From assembly GCA_964583675.1 (NCBI GenBank), contig CAZOVH010000003.1:12167-76166 (forward strand): a stretch of DNA of 64,000 nucleotides. The letters are read 5' to 3'. The stretch is from an uncultured Candidatus Saccharibacteria bacterium (GTDB lineage Bacteria; Patescibacteriota; Saccharimonadia; CAILAD01; GCA-016700035). The position numbers and the translations under genes were made by a program. Shown in pieces: positions 9,143-18,571 of this stretch. Position 1 is the stretch's first letter, and each line of letters begins with the position of its first letter. The notes beneath the pieces were generated by a model. It made no database searches. It was not told where the DNA came from and was given only the letters and a program-made list of their open reading frames with translations.

Positions 9143-10798
9143 CTAGACTTTCCTCCTCTGCATAGTTGTTACGTCTATTGTAGACTTCTCGGTCTCGGAA
9201 TGCAAAAGGCGGGAGGCAGCAGCCACAAAGCCATCAAACAGTGGATTTGGTGTCATCGGGCGCGAGGTAAACTCCGGATGGAACTGGCTCGCGATGAAAA
9301 ACGGATGATCTGGGTACTCAATCATTTCTACCAAATTCCCATCAGGTGAAAGCCCTGAAAATACCATTCCCACAGCCTCCAAACGGTCACGATAGCGATT
9401 GTTTACTTCATAACGATGACGATGACGCTCATGAATCAAGCCTTTGCCGTAGAGCTCATAGCCCAAAGATCCTTCCTTAATCGCTGTCGGATAATCACCA
9501 AGTCGCATTGAGCCGCCTAGCCGCACGCCCTGCTGATCTTCCATCAAGCTCACTACTTGATGCTCAGTATCATGATTAAATTCGAGTGAATGCGCAGTCT
9601 CTAAGCCAACCAGATTGCGCGCTGCTTCAATGACCGCAATCTGTAAACCAAGGCAAATTCCTAGGTACGGTACTTTGTTTTCGCGTGCATATTGAGCGGC
9701 CACAATCTTGCCAGCTACACCCCGCTCACCAAAACCTCCCGGCACCAAAATACCATCCAGTCCCTCAAGCGGCTTCACGGTATCCACCAATTTTTCGGCA
9801 TCCACCCACACCACCTTAATAGCTCGCCCATGCTTCCAACCGGCTGCCTTCAGTGCCTCTACAACCGACATGTAGGTATCTTCGTGATCAAGATACTTAG
9901 CAACGATACCGATACTCACTTCGGGCTTCTTGGAGCTCACAACATCTGCTAATTTATACCAGTCAGCTAGCTGTGGCTCAGCAACGCGCAAGCCCAGCCG
10001 CTCAATGATGTAATTGCCTATGCCTGATTCCTCCATCCGTAGCGGCACTTCGTACACACTCTTCAATGTTGGTAAGCCAACAATCGCTTCTTTATCAACG
10101 TCACAGTACATAGAAAGCTTTTCGAATACCGAGGCCTTTAATTCGTGGTCGGTGCGGACAGCCAGGATATCCGGCTGAATACCAGCCTCCCGTAAGTCAC
10201 GCACAGAATTCTGAGCTGGCTTAGTTTTGATCTCTTTACTGGCCGCGAGATATGGCAAAAAGACCACGTGTGTGTACAAAACGTTATCAGCGCCCACACG
10301 TCTCTTAAATTGACGTAGCGCTTCTATAACCGCTAGAGACTCGTAGTCACCAATGGTTCCACCAACTTCACATAGCAATACATCAAAGCCACGAGCTGCC
10401 TCAATAATGCGACGCTGGTATTCATCGGTAATATGCGGGATTACTTGCACTGTTTTCCCTAAAAATACACCGTCGCGCTCATCGGCGAACACCTTTGCAT
10501 ACACTTGTCCGCTCATAACAGAACTGCTTCGGGTGAGATTAATGTCGATAAAGCGCTCATAGTGCCCAAGGTCTAGATCAGTCTCGCCACCATCAGCGGT
10601 TACAAAGACTTCGCCGTGTTCTGCTGGATTTAGCGTTCCGGCGTCAAAATTAAAATACGGGTCCATTTTTTGAATGTTGACCCGTAACCCTCTGGCTTTT
10701 AAAATAGCGCCGATTGACGCCGCGGTGATTCCTTTACCGGAGCCCGAAACAACGCCTCCAGTAACAAAAATATATTTTGGTGTTTTTACCACGCTCAC
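9143..10798 (-). CDS. pyrG: CTP synthase
   Basis: KYIFVTGGVVS, EHGEVFVT, KTKPAQ, PGGFG, GICLGLQ, ERHRHRYE, QFHPEF. Confidence 0.98.
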   Translation of the reverse strand: MSVVKTPKYIFVTGGVVSGSGKGITAASIGAILKARGLRVNIQKMDPYFNFDAGTLNPAEHGEVFVTADGGETDLDLGHYERFIDINLTRSSSVMSGQVYAKVFADERDGVFLGKTVQVIPHITDEYQRRIIEAARGFDVLLCEVGGTIGDYESLAVIEALRQFKRRVGADNVLYTHVVFLPYLAASKEIKTKPAQNSVRDLREAGIQPDILAVRTDHELKASVFEKLSMYCDVDKEAIVGLPTLKSVYEVPLRMEESGIGNYIIERLGLRVAEPQLADWYKLADVVSSKKPEVSIGIVAKYLDHEDTYMSVVEALKAAGWKHGRAIKVVWVDAEKLVDTVKPLEGLDGILVPGGFGERGVAGKIVAAQYARENKVPYLGICLGLQIAVIEAARNLVGLETAHSLEFNHDTEHQVVSLMEDQQGVRLGGSMRLGDYPTAIKEGSLGYELYGKGLIHERHRHRYEVNNRYRDRLEAVGMVFSGLSPDGNLVEMIEYPDHPFFIASQFHPEFTSRPMTPNPLFDGFVAAASRLLHSETEKSTIDVTTMQRRKV

Positions 10799-10847
10799 TC
10801 CCCTCCGTTTTTTCTAGTGTAGCTGGCTTATCAGCTAAGCACAAGAG

Positions 10848-12044
10848 CTATTGGCGTACGGCTTCGAGAGCCTTCTCTAGCTGCGGATCTCGGCCTGCAT
10901 TGGAGTCCTCAGGCGTCAATTTAACTTCAATGTCAGGCTTAATACCTTCTTTAGAAATATTCACACCCTTAGGCGTAAACCAACCGGCTACGGTTACTTT
11001 CAACTGAGCGCCATTTGAAAGTTGCTTAACCTCTTGGACACTACCCTTGCCATACGTCTTCTCGCCAACCAAAATCGCACGATCATTATCCTTCAGCGCG
11101 CCAGCCGTTATCTCAGAAGCCGAGGCAGATCCTTCATTAATGAGTATCACAAGCTTCGCATTCGTCAAGTTACCACCCGGATTTGCCACCAGCTGTTTAG
11201 ACTCCATATGGCGACCACGCTCCTCCACCACTACGCCGTCTGCCAAGAACTCTGAAGATACAGTAACTGCACTATTGAGATACCCGCCGGGATTATCACG
11301 AAGATCGAGCACAATTTTATCAACGCCCTGTTTCGCTAAGTCGGCTGCCGCGTTACGAATGGCCGTGTCTGTATCGTCGCCAAAACGACGTACACGAATG
11401 TAACCCACATCCCCATCTTTTACCTCATATTTGACGCTTGAAACCTGAATTTGATCGCGAGTTATCGCGAGTTCTTTTGGCTCTTCACCCTCACGCACAA
11501 CCGTCAACTTTACTTCAGTGCCTTTTTCGCCACGGATTTTTTTGACGGCTTCATCGAGAGTTAACTCGCTCGTACTCTGTCCATCTATGGTCGCAATAAC
11601 ATCACCAGCCCGAATACCAGCTTTCGCGGCCGGAGTTTCATCAATGGGCGCGATAACCGTCAGTCGATCATTCTTGAGACCAACTTCAACGCCAATTCCC
11701 GAAAGTTGGCCAGCTAAGTCATTAGAGAGCTCCTCTGCCTCACTTGCGTTAAGATACACCGTATACGGATCACCGAGACTCGCGACATAGCCACGTAGCG
11801 CCCCTTCAGCTTGCTTCTCATCATTTAGGTCACCGTTGAAACTCGACTCAAGAATAGACCGAATTTCACGAAACTGTTCAGAAGTAGCTGCCGCTGTATT
11901 GGTGCGCGCAACAACTGCCTTATACCCAAATACACCAATTACACCACCAATAAGTACTAAAGCAGCAATCCAGCCAGCTAACTGCAGTCTCGTTAAACTT
12001 ACACCAGGTTTCTTAACCGGTGATTGTGTATCTTTTTCACCCAT
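10848..12044 (-). CDS. S41 family carboxyl-terminal protease (CtpA/CtpB-like, PDZ)
   Basis: LGDPYT, PDZ domain, LDLRDNPGG, SASASEI, GEKTYGKGSVQ, DPQL. Confidence 0.95.
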   Translation of the reverse strand: MGEKDTQSPVKKPGVSLTRLQLAGWIAALVLIGGVIGVFGYKAVVARTNTAAATSEQFREIRSILESSFNGDLNDEKQAEGALRGYVASLGDPYTVYLNASEAEELSNDLAGQLSGIGVEVGLKNDRLTVIAPIDETPAAKAGIRAGDVIATIDGQSTSELTLDEAVKKIRGEKGTEVKLTVVREGEEPKELAITRDQIQVSSVKYEVKDGDVGYIRVRRFGDDTDTAIRNAAADLAKQGVDKIVLDLRDNPGGYLNSAVTVSSEFLADGVVVEERGRHMESKQLVANPGGNLTNAKLVILINEGSASASEITAGALKDNDRAILVGEKTYGKGSVQEVKQLSNGAQLKVTVAGWFTPKGVNISKEGIKPDIEVKLTPEDSNAGRDPQLEKALEAVRQ

Positions 12045-12086
12045 GCTTTTCTCTATTGTACAGAGCCAACTCAGAATCTGCTAGGG

Positions 12087-13214
12087 CTAATGAATAAACA
12101 CCAGCGAACTCACAGGCCAAACGGATTGAGAATACCGACCACCCCAATCGGCGTTAAATTCAGAAACCAGTACTTGTGTACCATTGGAGACAATCCCCTC
12201 AACAATCATGACATGCCCATACTCGCCAACTGGATAGACTGCGGCTGCTCCCACTTCTGGTGTGGTATCGACACGCATACCAAACTTCCCAGCCCAATCT
12301 GGCCATTGCTTCGCATTCGCTGGCCCCAAGAAGCCCCAAGCGGGCAGCGGCCGACCAATACTCGCCCGTTTCCAAGCAGCATAACTTGTGCACTGACGAT
12401 AATAAAAACCCCACGGATCAACACCACGACTCGGAAAAGGCTCCACAGCAGCCCATGGATAGTCAGTAGTCATCGTAAAATCGCGACCTAAGCTCTGAGC
12501 CGCAATCGCGGCTGTCTGTTGTGCCCGCAACGTCTCGAGCCGCATGGTATCAACCTCGACAAGAGCACGATAGGCAGCTTCGTCACCCCGAGTCTTGGCG
12601 AGAAGTTCTGCCTGTTCGGCCTCCTTGGCGACAATAGCTTTTTCTTCTAATCCTTCCTGTTCTTCTTTAATGCGTAGCTGTCGAGAAAATTCTTCGAGCT
12701 GTTTTTTGGCATTCTTTATGCTATCTACATTATCCATAATCTTATTGCGCAGAGAGTCGTAATATTCTTGTCGTCCCACAAAATCGGACAAATTCTCGCT
12801 GGAAGCAAACACCTCCATCGGCGTAACGTCGCCCTGCTTGTAGGCGGCGGCAATGTTCTGACGCAGCAGCTCCGTGCTTTTTTGCAGATTAGCTTCGGTA
12901 TTTTTGCGATCAAGCTTCGTTTGCTCAATACGTAAACGCGTAAGCTCAAGGTTTGACCGAGCAGCAGATAGCTCAGCCTGAATAGCTGTTAAGCGATTTT
13001 GCAGAGTATCACCTTCAACCTGTTTTTGATTTACCACCGCTTGATTATCCTGAATTTGCTTAGTTACCGCATCAATGAGCGGCTGCAAGTCATCGGCGTG
13101 CGCTGGACGAGCCTGATACCACACCGAGGCTGAAACTACAAAAACAAACAAGAAAAGCCCAGCGAATACGATTCGAAAAGCTTTTCCTGCTGTTTTTTTG
13201 TTTTTTGTAGCCAT
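12087..13214 (-). CDS. Coiled-coil + CHAP peptidoglycan hydrolase (PcsB/CwlO-like)
   Basis: Signal/TM, long coiled coil, QCTSYAAW (Cys), YGHV (His), VSEFN. Confidence 0.88.
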   Translation of the reverse strand: MATKNKKTAGKAFRIVFAGLFLFVFVVSASVWYQARPAHADDLQPLIDAVTKQIQDNQAVVNQKQVEGDTLQNRLTAIQAELSAARSNLELTRLRIEQTKLDRKNTEANLQKSTELLRQNIAAAYKQGDVTPMEVFASSENLSDFVGRQEYYDSLRNKIMDNVDSIKNAKKQLEEFSRQLRIKEEQEGLEEKAIVAKEAEQAELLAKTRGDEAAYRALVEVDTMRLETLRAQQTAAIAAQSLGRDFTMTTDYPWAAVEPFPSRGVDPWGFYYRQCTSYAAWKRASIGRPLPAWGFLGPANAKQWPDWAGKFGMRVDTTPEVGAAAVYPVGEYGHVMIVEGIVSNGTQVLVSEFNADWGGRYSQSVWPVSSLVFIH

Positions 13215-13234
13215 TTTTTAGAAATTACTGTTAG

Positions 13235-14374
13235 CTATTTGATAAACCTGGCGTTCCCCAACTGACTCATCGGTATGGTGCGTACAGAGTAGCCACCACG
13301 CGGACTATAGTTATACTCACTCACCGTAATCGAGTTACCATTATTAGACTCAACGATTGCCACGTGCCCCCATGGACCATCTGGCCAGGCTACAATGTCG
13401 CCGTAACCAGGAGTTGCACTAGCACTTCCTCGTGGCCACCACTGATTAGCATTGCCCCAATAACGCGGCACCATTCGCCCGATACTGGCGCGCTTCCAAG
13501 CAGCGTAACTCACACATTCTCGGTTGTAATACCCATAGTCATCAACCAAGCTATCCTGTGCTGCCCTACACCAAACATCCGGATAACCACCACCACACTG
13601 GCCGCCAGCCCTAAAGCTTCCACCGGCTGCGGCATTACGGCGAATTTCTTCAGCGCGGGCTGCAAATACCGCCGCGAGCTGTGATTCATTTTGCTTGACG
13701 ATGCCCTGATAGGCAGCTTCTTCACCTCGTGTCTGCGTTAAGAGGGCCTGCTGTTCAGACCGCTTTGCAGCAATATTGGCTACTTGAGCTTTCTCATCAG
13801 CGGCTTTTTCTGTTAAAGTAACCTTTTTCTGCTCGAGTTCAGCCTTCAATCGATTAATTTCAGAAATATTGGACTCAATCTTGTCCTTCAAATCATCCAT
13901 ATATTGCTGCTTACCTACAAAATCCGAGAGGTTTTCACTTGAAGCTAAGACTTCGATCGGCGTAACGTCACGATCCTTATACATGGTCTTGAGATTTTGC
14001 TTGAGGTTATCTACCTGTTTTGTTAGTTCGGCATTCTGACGATCAAGCTCTTCAGTGGTCTTCGTAATTTCAGTACGCGTCAGATTAAGTGCACTCTGCG
14101 CGGCAGAAATTTCTGCGTTTAGAGCCGCAACTTTAGCTTGTAAAGTATCACCTTCGGCTCGCTTTTGATTGGCTGAGTTTTTATTCTGATTAATCTGATT
14201 ACGCAACGCATTAATTTGCGAATCATAATCAACTGCAAAAGCAGTTGGCGCCAAAACGCCAAGCACACCAACAATCGCCAGCACAACTAGTGTTCTAGTG
14301 AGTCGTTGGTGTTTTTTTGTAGTCTTTTGGTGTCGAATCAAGATCATCACCCTCCTTTTTGCTTCTACCCCCAT
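13235..14374 (-). CDS. Coiled-coil + CHAP peptidoglycan hydrolase (PcsB/CwlO-like)
   Basis: Signal peptide (AFA), coiled coil, ECVSYAAW, WGNANQW, WGHV, VSEYN; start uncertain. Confidence 0.88.
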   Translation of the reverse strand: MGVEAKRRVMILIRHQKTTKKHQRLTRTLVVLAIVGVLGVLAPTAFAVDYDSQINALRNQINQNKNSANQKRAEGDTLQAKVAALNAEISAAQSALNLTRTEITKTTEELDRQNAELTKQVDNLKQNLKTMYKDRDVTPIEVLASSENLSDFVGKQQYMDDLKDKIESNISEINRLKAELEQKKVTLTEKAADEKAQVANIAAKRSEQQALLTQTRGEEAAYQGIVKQNESQLAAVFAARAEEIRRNAAAGGSFRAGGQCGGGYPDVWCRAAQDSLVDDYGYYNRECVSYAAWKRASIGRMVPRYWGNANQWWPRGSASATPGYGDIVAWPDGPWGHVAIVESNNGNSITVSEYNYSPRGGYSVRTIPMSQLGNARFIK

Positions 14375-14422
14375 ATATATTCTGAAGCAGTAAGCATTAC
14401 CGTTAGTCTATCACAGAATACG

Positions 14423-15334
14423 CTAAAGCTTCAAATGGCGTGAGATTGCTAGGAAGCTCGAAAGCGTACCAATTACAATTCCTAAAGTATACATTGCAAG
14501 CGTCACCAAAAATATACGATCAGTAACAAAAGTTACGACATCACTGGCGTTAAAATAGCTCGTAAAGAGCGGTCGCGCCACATTAATCAGCGGCAAAGTT
14601 ATGGCCATCGCTATAGTTGCACCAATAATGCCATACATCGCCCCCTCAATGAGAAATGGCCCACGAATATACCAGTTAGTTGCTCCAACCAGCTTCATAA
14701 TCTCGATTTCCTCACGACGCGTAAAGATCGCCATACGGATAGTATTAAAGATTATCATCAGACTAATTAAGAGGAAGGCGACAGAGATTACCGTACCTAC
14801 CTTTGAAACACCGTTCGAGATAGAAACAATACGATCAACTACTTTGCGCCGAACATCACTGTCATCATTACTTGTACTTGCCACAATTACCGCCGCGCCA
14901 TCAGCTTTAATCTGACTATTAAGTGAATCAAGGTTCTCAAGTGTTTCGGTACGAACCTCTAATGATGCTGGTAACGGATTACCAATCTCCGTGGCGGTCT
15001 TGGCGAGCTGCTCCCCATCTTTTGAACTAGTACGTAGTCGCTCGAGCGCATCCGTTTTGGATACGTAGCGCACCTCCGCTACATTCTCAAAGGTTTGAAT
15101 ATTGGCCTGCAGCTGCTTCACCTGGTCTGGTGTAGCTTCATCTTTCAAGAATACCGTGAGGTCAATTTTCTCTCGAACTGCCGCTAGCTGATTCTGCAAG
15201 AAGAGTGCCGAGAAAGCAAAGAAAGCCACGATAACTAATGTAACCACCATAATCGCAGTGGCCGCTATCGAAAGCCATGCGTTGCGGAACAAGTTCCGAA
15301 AACCAGTCTTAAACATGCGCCACAGCGTAATCAT
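14423..15334 (-). CDS. ftsX: Cell division permease FtsX
   Basis: RNLFRNAWLS, NPLPASLEV, IFNTIRMAIFTRREEIEIMKLVGAT...PFLIEG. Confidence 0.96.
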   Translation of the reverse strand: MITLWRMFKTGFRNLFRNAWLSIAATAIMVVTLVIVAFFAFSALFLQNQLAAVREKIDLTVFLKDEATPDQVKQLQANIQTFENVAEVRYVSKTDALERLRTSSKDGEQLAKTATEIGNPLPASLEVRTETLENLDSLNSQIKADGAAVIVASTSNDDSDVRRKVVDRIVSISNGVSKVGTVISVAFLLISLMIIFNTIRMAIFTRREEIEIMKLVGATNWYIRGPFLIEGAMYGIIGATIAMAITLPLINVARPLFTSYFNASDVVTFVTDRIFLVTLAMYTLGIVIGTLSSFLAISRHLKL

Positions 15335-15362
15335 TATCGTCTTACCCTCCTAATCCAATCCG

Positions 15363-16043
15363 TTATAGAACGTAACGTCCTACTTTTTCGTCTTTCAAAA
15401 TACGCCCATTCTGAATCGTAATCACGCGGCGCTTCAGAGCATTCACAATTTCTTTATTATGAGTGGTCAAAAGTACAGTTGTACCAAACTTGTTAATCTT
15501 CAAAAGCAGCTCAATGATATCCCATGAGTTTTTCGGGTCCAAGTTTCCAGTTGGCTCATCGGCAATCAGAATCTTTGGGTTTCGCACCAAGGCCCGCGCA
15601 ATTGCCACGCGCTGCTTTTCACCACCAGAGATTTCTTTAGGATAATTATTGGCCTTTTCGGCCAAACCAACCAGCTGCAAAATTTTTGGTACCGCACGCT
15701 TAATTTCAGAGGTTCTCACGCCGCTAGCCTCGAGTGCAAAAGCAACATTCTCGTACACAGTAAGGTTAGGGAGTAGTTTAAAATCCTGAAACACCACCCC
15801 AATTCGACGACGCAGATGCGGAATGCTGGTTTTGCCAATCGTGTCGTAATCGATTGAGCCAACAATAATTTTTCCACTCGTCGGAACTTCTTCTTTAATG
15901 AGTAGACGAATAAGTGTTGACTTACCCGCACCAGATGAGCCTACCACTGTTACAAACTCTTTTGGCTGTATATGCAAACTGACGCCCGACAAAGCGACCG
16001 TCTTATTTGGATACATCACTGAAACTCGATCAAGTAAAATCAC
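15363..16043 (-). CDS. ftsE: Cell division ATP-binding protein FtsE
   Basis: GSSGAGKST, RRRIGVVFQDFKLL, SGGEKQR, ADEPTGNLD; probable GTG start at 16043 (longer ORF overlaps murA). Confidence 0.95.
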   Translation of the reverse strand: MILLDRVSVMYPNKTVALSGVSLHIQPKEFVTVVGSSGAGKSTLIRLLIKEEVPTSGKIIVGSIDYDTIGKTSIPHLRRRIGVVFQDFKLLPNLTVYENVAFALEASGVRTSEIKRAVPKILQLVGLAEKANNYPKEISGGEKQRVAIARALVRNPKILIADEPTGNLDPKNSWDIIELLLKINKFGTTVLLTTHNKEIVNALKRRVITIQNGRILKDEKVGRYVL

Positions 16044-16122
16044 GTATGCACCTATTTTAGCATATGCGCTTGAGCTTGTGCACGACTGCATGAGGCAAAT
16101 AAAGCCTGCTACAATAAGCAAT

Positions 16123-17376
16123 ATGACAAAGCTTGTAATTACCGGTCCAACCCGTTTGCAAGGCGAATGGTTTACAGCGGGCTCAAAAAACGCCGTACTA
16201 CCAATGCTGGCTGCCTGCCTCTTAACGAAAGAAAAAGTCACAGTCGAAAATGTGCCGCGCATTTCAGACGTTGATGTAATGCTAGAAATTTTAGCTTCAC
16301 TTGGGGCGAAGGTCTGGCGCGAAGGCCATACTGTTACTGTTGAGGCAGACAATCTAACCACCGCCACTATTCCCGATGAACTCACAGCAAAAATGCGCGC
16401 TTCTGTACTTATTTTAGGAGCAGCAGTTGGCCGACTCGGTAGCATTACAGCAGCTCAACCCGGTGGCGACATCATTGGCGCGCGCCCACTAGCCTCACAC
16501 CTCAAAGCTTTTCAGGCGATGGGGCTATCAGTTATTCGTGAGCAAGGCCACATTACGGTATCCGGCAAACCCCAGGGCGGACGCGTGGTACTTGGTGAGC
16601 TCACTGTAACCGGCGCCGAAAATGCAATTATGGCCGCTGTACTTGCTACTGGCGTAACCGAGCTACGTATGGTTGCCCTGGAGCCTCATGTAGTCGATCT
16701 CTGTCTCATGCTGCAACAAATGGGCGCTAAAATTGAGGGCATTGGCACCCACAACCTCATCATTCATGGCGTCGAAACACTCAATGGTACGCTTTTCCGA
16801 GTGCCACCAGATCAACTAGAAAGCGGCACAATTGCGATTGCGGCGGCGGCCTCACGTGGCGATGTGATTATTCATGATTTTATTCGCGATGAACACGATG
16901 TGCTCCTCACCCTATTTGATCAAATCGGCGTGCAATATCAGTTGCCAAACCCCAAAACAATCCATATCCTCCCCGGTGGTGACTATCAGGCAGTAAATGT
17001 GCGTACTCAGCCTTATCCAAACTTCCCGAGTGATTTGCAGGCACCCTTGGCCGTTCTACTGACGCAGTGCGCCGGCACCTCCGAAATTTTTGAAACTCTC
17101 TATGAAGGCCGCTTGCAATACCTCTTTGAGCTGCAGCGTATGGGCGCAGCCGTAGCTATCCGCGACACCCACACCGGACTCATCACTGGTCCAACACCAC
17201 TAGCCGGGGCGGATCTCGTTAGTTTTGATATTCGCGCCGGAGCCACCATCCTCATCGCCGCGCTCATCGCGCAAGGTAAAACGATGATTGACCGCATCGA
17301 ACACATCGACCGCGGCTATGAACGGATTGAAGAGCGGCTCCAGGCTCTCGGCGCCCAACTCCAGCGCATTAACTAA
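16123..17376 (+). CDS. murA: UDP-N-acetylglucosamine 1-carboxyvinyltransferase
   Basis: GSKNAVLP, MRAS, PGGDIIGARP, VTGAEN, PYPNFPSDLQ, DIRAG, IDRGYE; ATG 16123 preceded by TACAAT. Confidence 0.96.
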   Translation: MTKLVITGPTRLQGEWFTAGSKNAVLPMLAACLLTKEKVTVENVPRISDVDVMLEILASLGAKVWREGHTVTVEADNLTTATIPDELTAKMRASVLILGAAVGRLGSITAAQPGGDIIGARPLASHLKAFQAMGLSVIREQGHITVSGKPQGGRVVLGELTVTGAENAIMAAVLATGVTELRMVALEPHVVDLCLMLQQMGAKIEGIGTHNLIIHGVETLNGTLFRVPPDQLESGTIAIAAAASRGDVIIHDFIRDEHDVLLTLFDQIGVQYQLPNPKTIHILPGGDYQAVNVRTQPYPNFPSDLQAPLAVLLTQCAGTSEIFETLYEGRLQYLFELQRMGAAVAIRDTHTGLITGPTPLAGADLVSFDIRAGATILIAALIAQGKTMIDRIEHIDRGYERIEERLQALGAQLQRIN

Positions 17377-18467
17377 TTTTTCTGTTCGTCTGATAAATTA
17401 TGCGTCAAATAGGCTTCGATAAATGGCTCAATCGCGCCACCTAGCACCGCATCCGTATCGCTAGTTTCATAATCTGTACGATGATCTTTTACTTTCTTGT
17501 AGGGGTGCAATACATAGCTACGAATTTGCTGGCCCCAGTCGGCTGACTGAACTTTTCCACGAAGCTCAGCCACAGAATCTAGATGCTGTTCGCGTGCCAA
17601 CTCAGCGAGCTTTGCCACTAAAATTGACATCGCCTTATTTTTATTCTTGAGCTGTGAGCGTTCATTTTGGATTGAAACCACAATACCAGTTGGAATGTGA
17701 GTAATACGCACCGCCGAATCAGTCGTATTTACGCTCTGGCCACCATGCCCACCAGCGCGAAATACATCAATGCGCAAATCTTTTTCATCAAGTTCTATCT
17801 GCTCCATCGGGATTTCAGGAATTACATCAACCAACGCAAAACTGGTTTGGCGCAAACTATCACTATTAAAGGGCGAGAGCCTCACCAAACGATGGACACC
17901 CTTTTCACTTTTCAGCTTGCCAAACGCAAAAGGCCCTTCAATTTCCAGTGTGGCAGATTTTATACCTGCTTCTTCTCCTCGCGAAATATCAACTAATTTA
18001 GCTGTTAGCTCAAGCTTTTCTGCAGCCTTGGTATACATAGTCAGCAGCATTTCCGCCCAATCTTGTGCGTCTGTACCGCCAGCTCCTGCCGAAACCTGTA
18101 CAATTGCCGTGTTCTTATCATAATCTCCGGCCAGCTTTACCGTTATCATCATCTGGCGTACCGACTCTTCCATGCTAGCCGTAGACTCCTCCATCGCATC
18201 CAATAACGACTCATCCGACATCTGCGCGAGCTCAAGCATAGTCTGTATCGACTCCTCCATTGTTTGCCAGCTCTCAATAAATTTACGTAGTAATGCAGCC
18301 TCTTGGCTGACCTTTTGGGCTTCCCCTTGATCAGACCAAAAATCAGGTGCATTCATGCGAGCTTCTAGCTCGGCAAGCACCTTTTCTTCACTCTCTAGAT
18401 TAAGCTGACGGATTGCGCCCTGCACTTCTTCTAGGAGGTTTGTCAGTCGGTCAATAATTGGCTTCAT
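17373..18467 (-). CDS. prfB: Peptide chain release factor 2 (continuous ORF, no frameshift)
   Basis: GAGGTDAQDWA, GVHRLVRLSPF, GGHGGQ, WGQQIRSYV. Confidence 0.97.
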   Translation of the reverse strand: MKPIIDRLTNLLEEVQGAIRQLNLESEEKVLAELEARMNAPDFWSDQGEAQKVSQEAALLRKFIESWQTMEESIQTMLELAQMSDESLLDAMEESTASMEESVRQMMITVKLAGDYDKNTAIVQVSAGAGGTDAQDWAEMLLTMYTKAAEKLELTAKLVDISRGEEAGIKSATLEIEGPFAFGKLKSEKGVHRLVRLSPFNSDSLRQTSFALVDVIPEIPMEQIELDEKDLRIDVFRAGGHGGQSVNTTDSAVRITHIPTGIVVSIQNERSQLKNKNKAMSILVAKLAELAREQHLDSVAELRGKVQSADWGQQIRSYVLHPYKKVKDHRTDYETSDTDAVLGGAIEPFIEAYLTHNLSDEQKN

Positions 18468-18504
18468 ATCGGTAGTATTATACCTGTTTCTGGTTCTATA
18501 TAAA

Positions 18505-18547
18505 CCAAAACTCCCCGTCAGTGAAAATTCACTTCGAGGGAGCTTGG
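18505..18547 (-). terminator. Probable terminator hairpin downstream of the LPXTG gene
   Basis: CCAAAACTCCC...AGTGAA-AA-TTCACT...GGGAGCTTGG imperfect stem. Confidence 0.5.
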
Positions 18548-18571
18548 CGTATACCTACAAACTGTAGGGTG

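Noticed and set aside
15898-16445. Apparent long head-to-head overlap of the ftsE and murA ORFs
   Set aside because: Recognisable protein sequence begins at 16043 (ftsE) and 16123 (murA), each with a -10 box just upstream; the extensions are artefacts.
18390-18420. Programmed +1 frameshift site in prfB
   Set aside because: The ORF is continuous (CAG CTT AAT); there is no CTT TGA slippery site.
17373-18467. Alternative genetic code (UGA=Gly) as in Gracilibacteria/Absconditabacteria
   Set aside because: RF2 with SPF and GGQ motifs is intact, and core genes translate fully under code 11.
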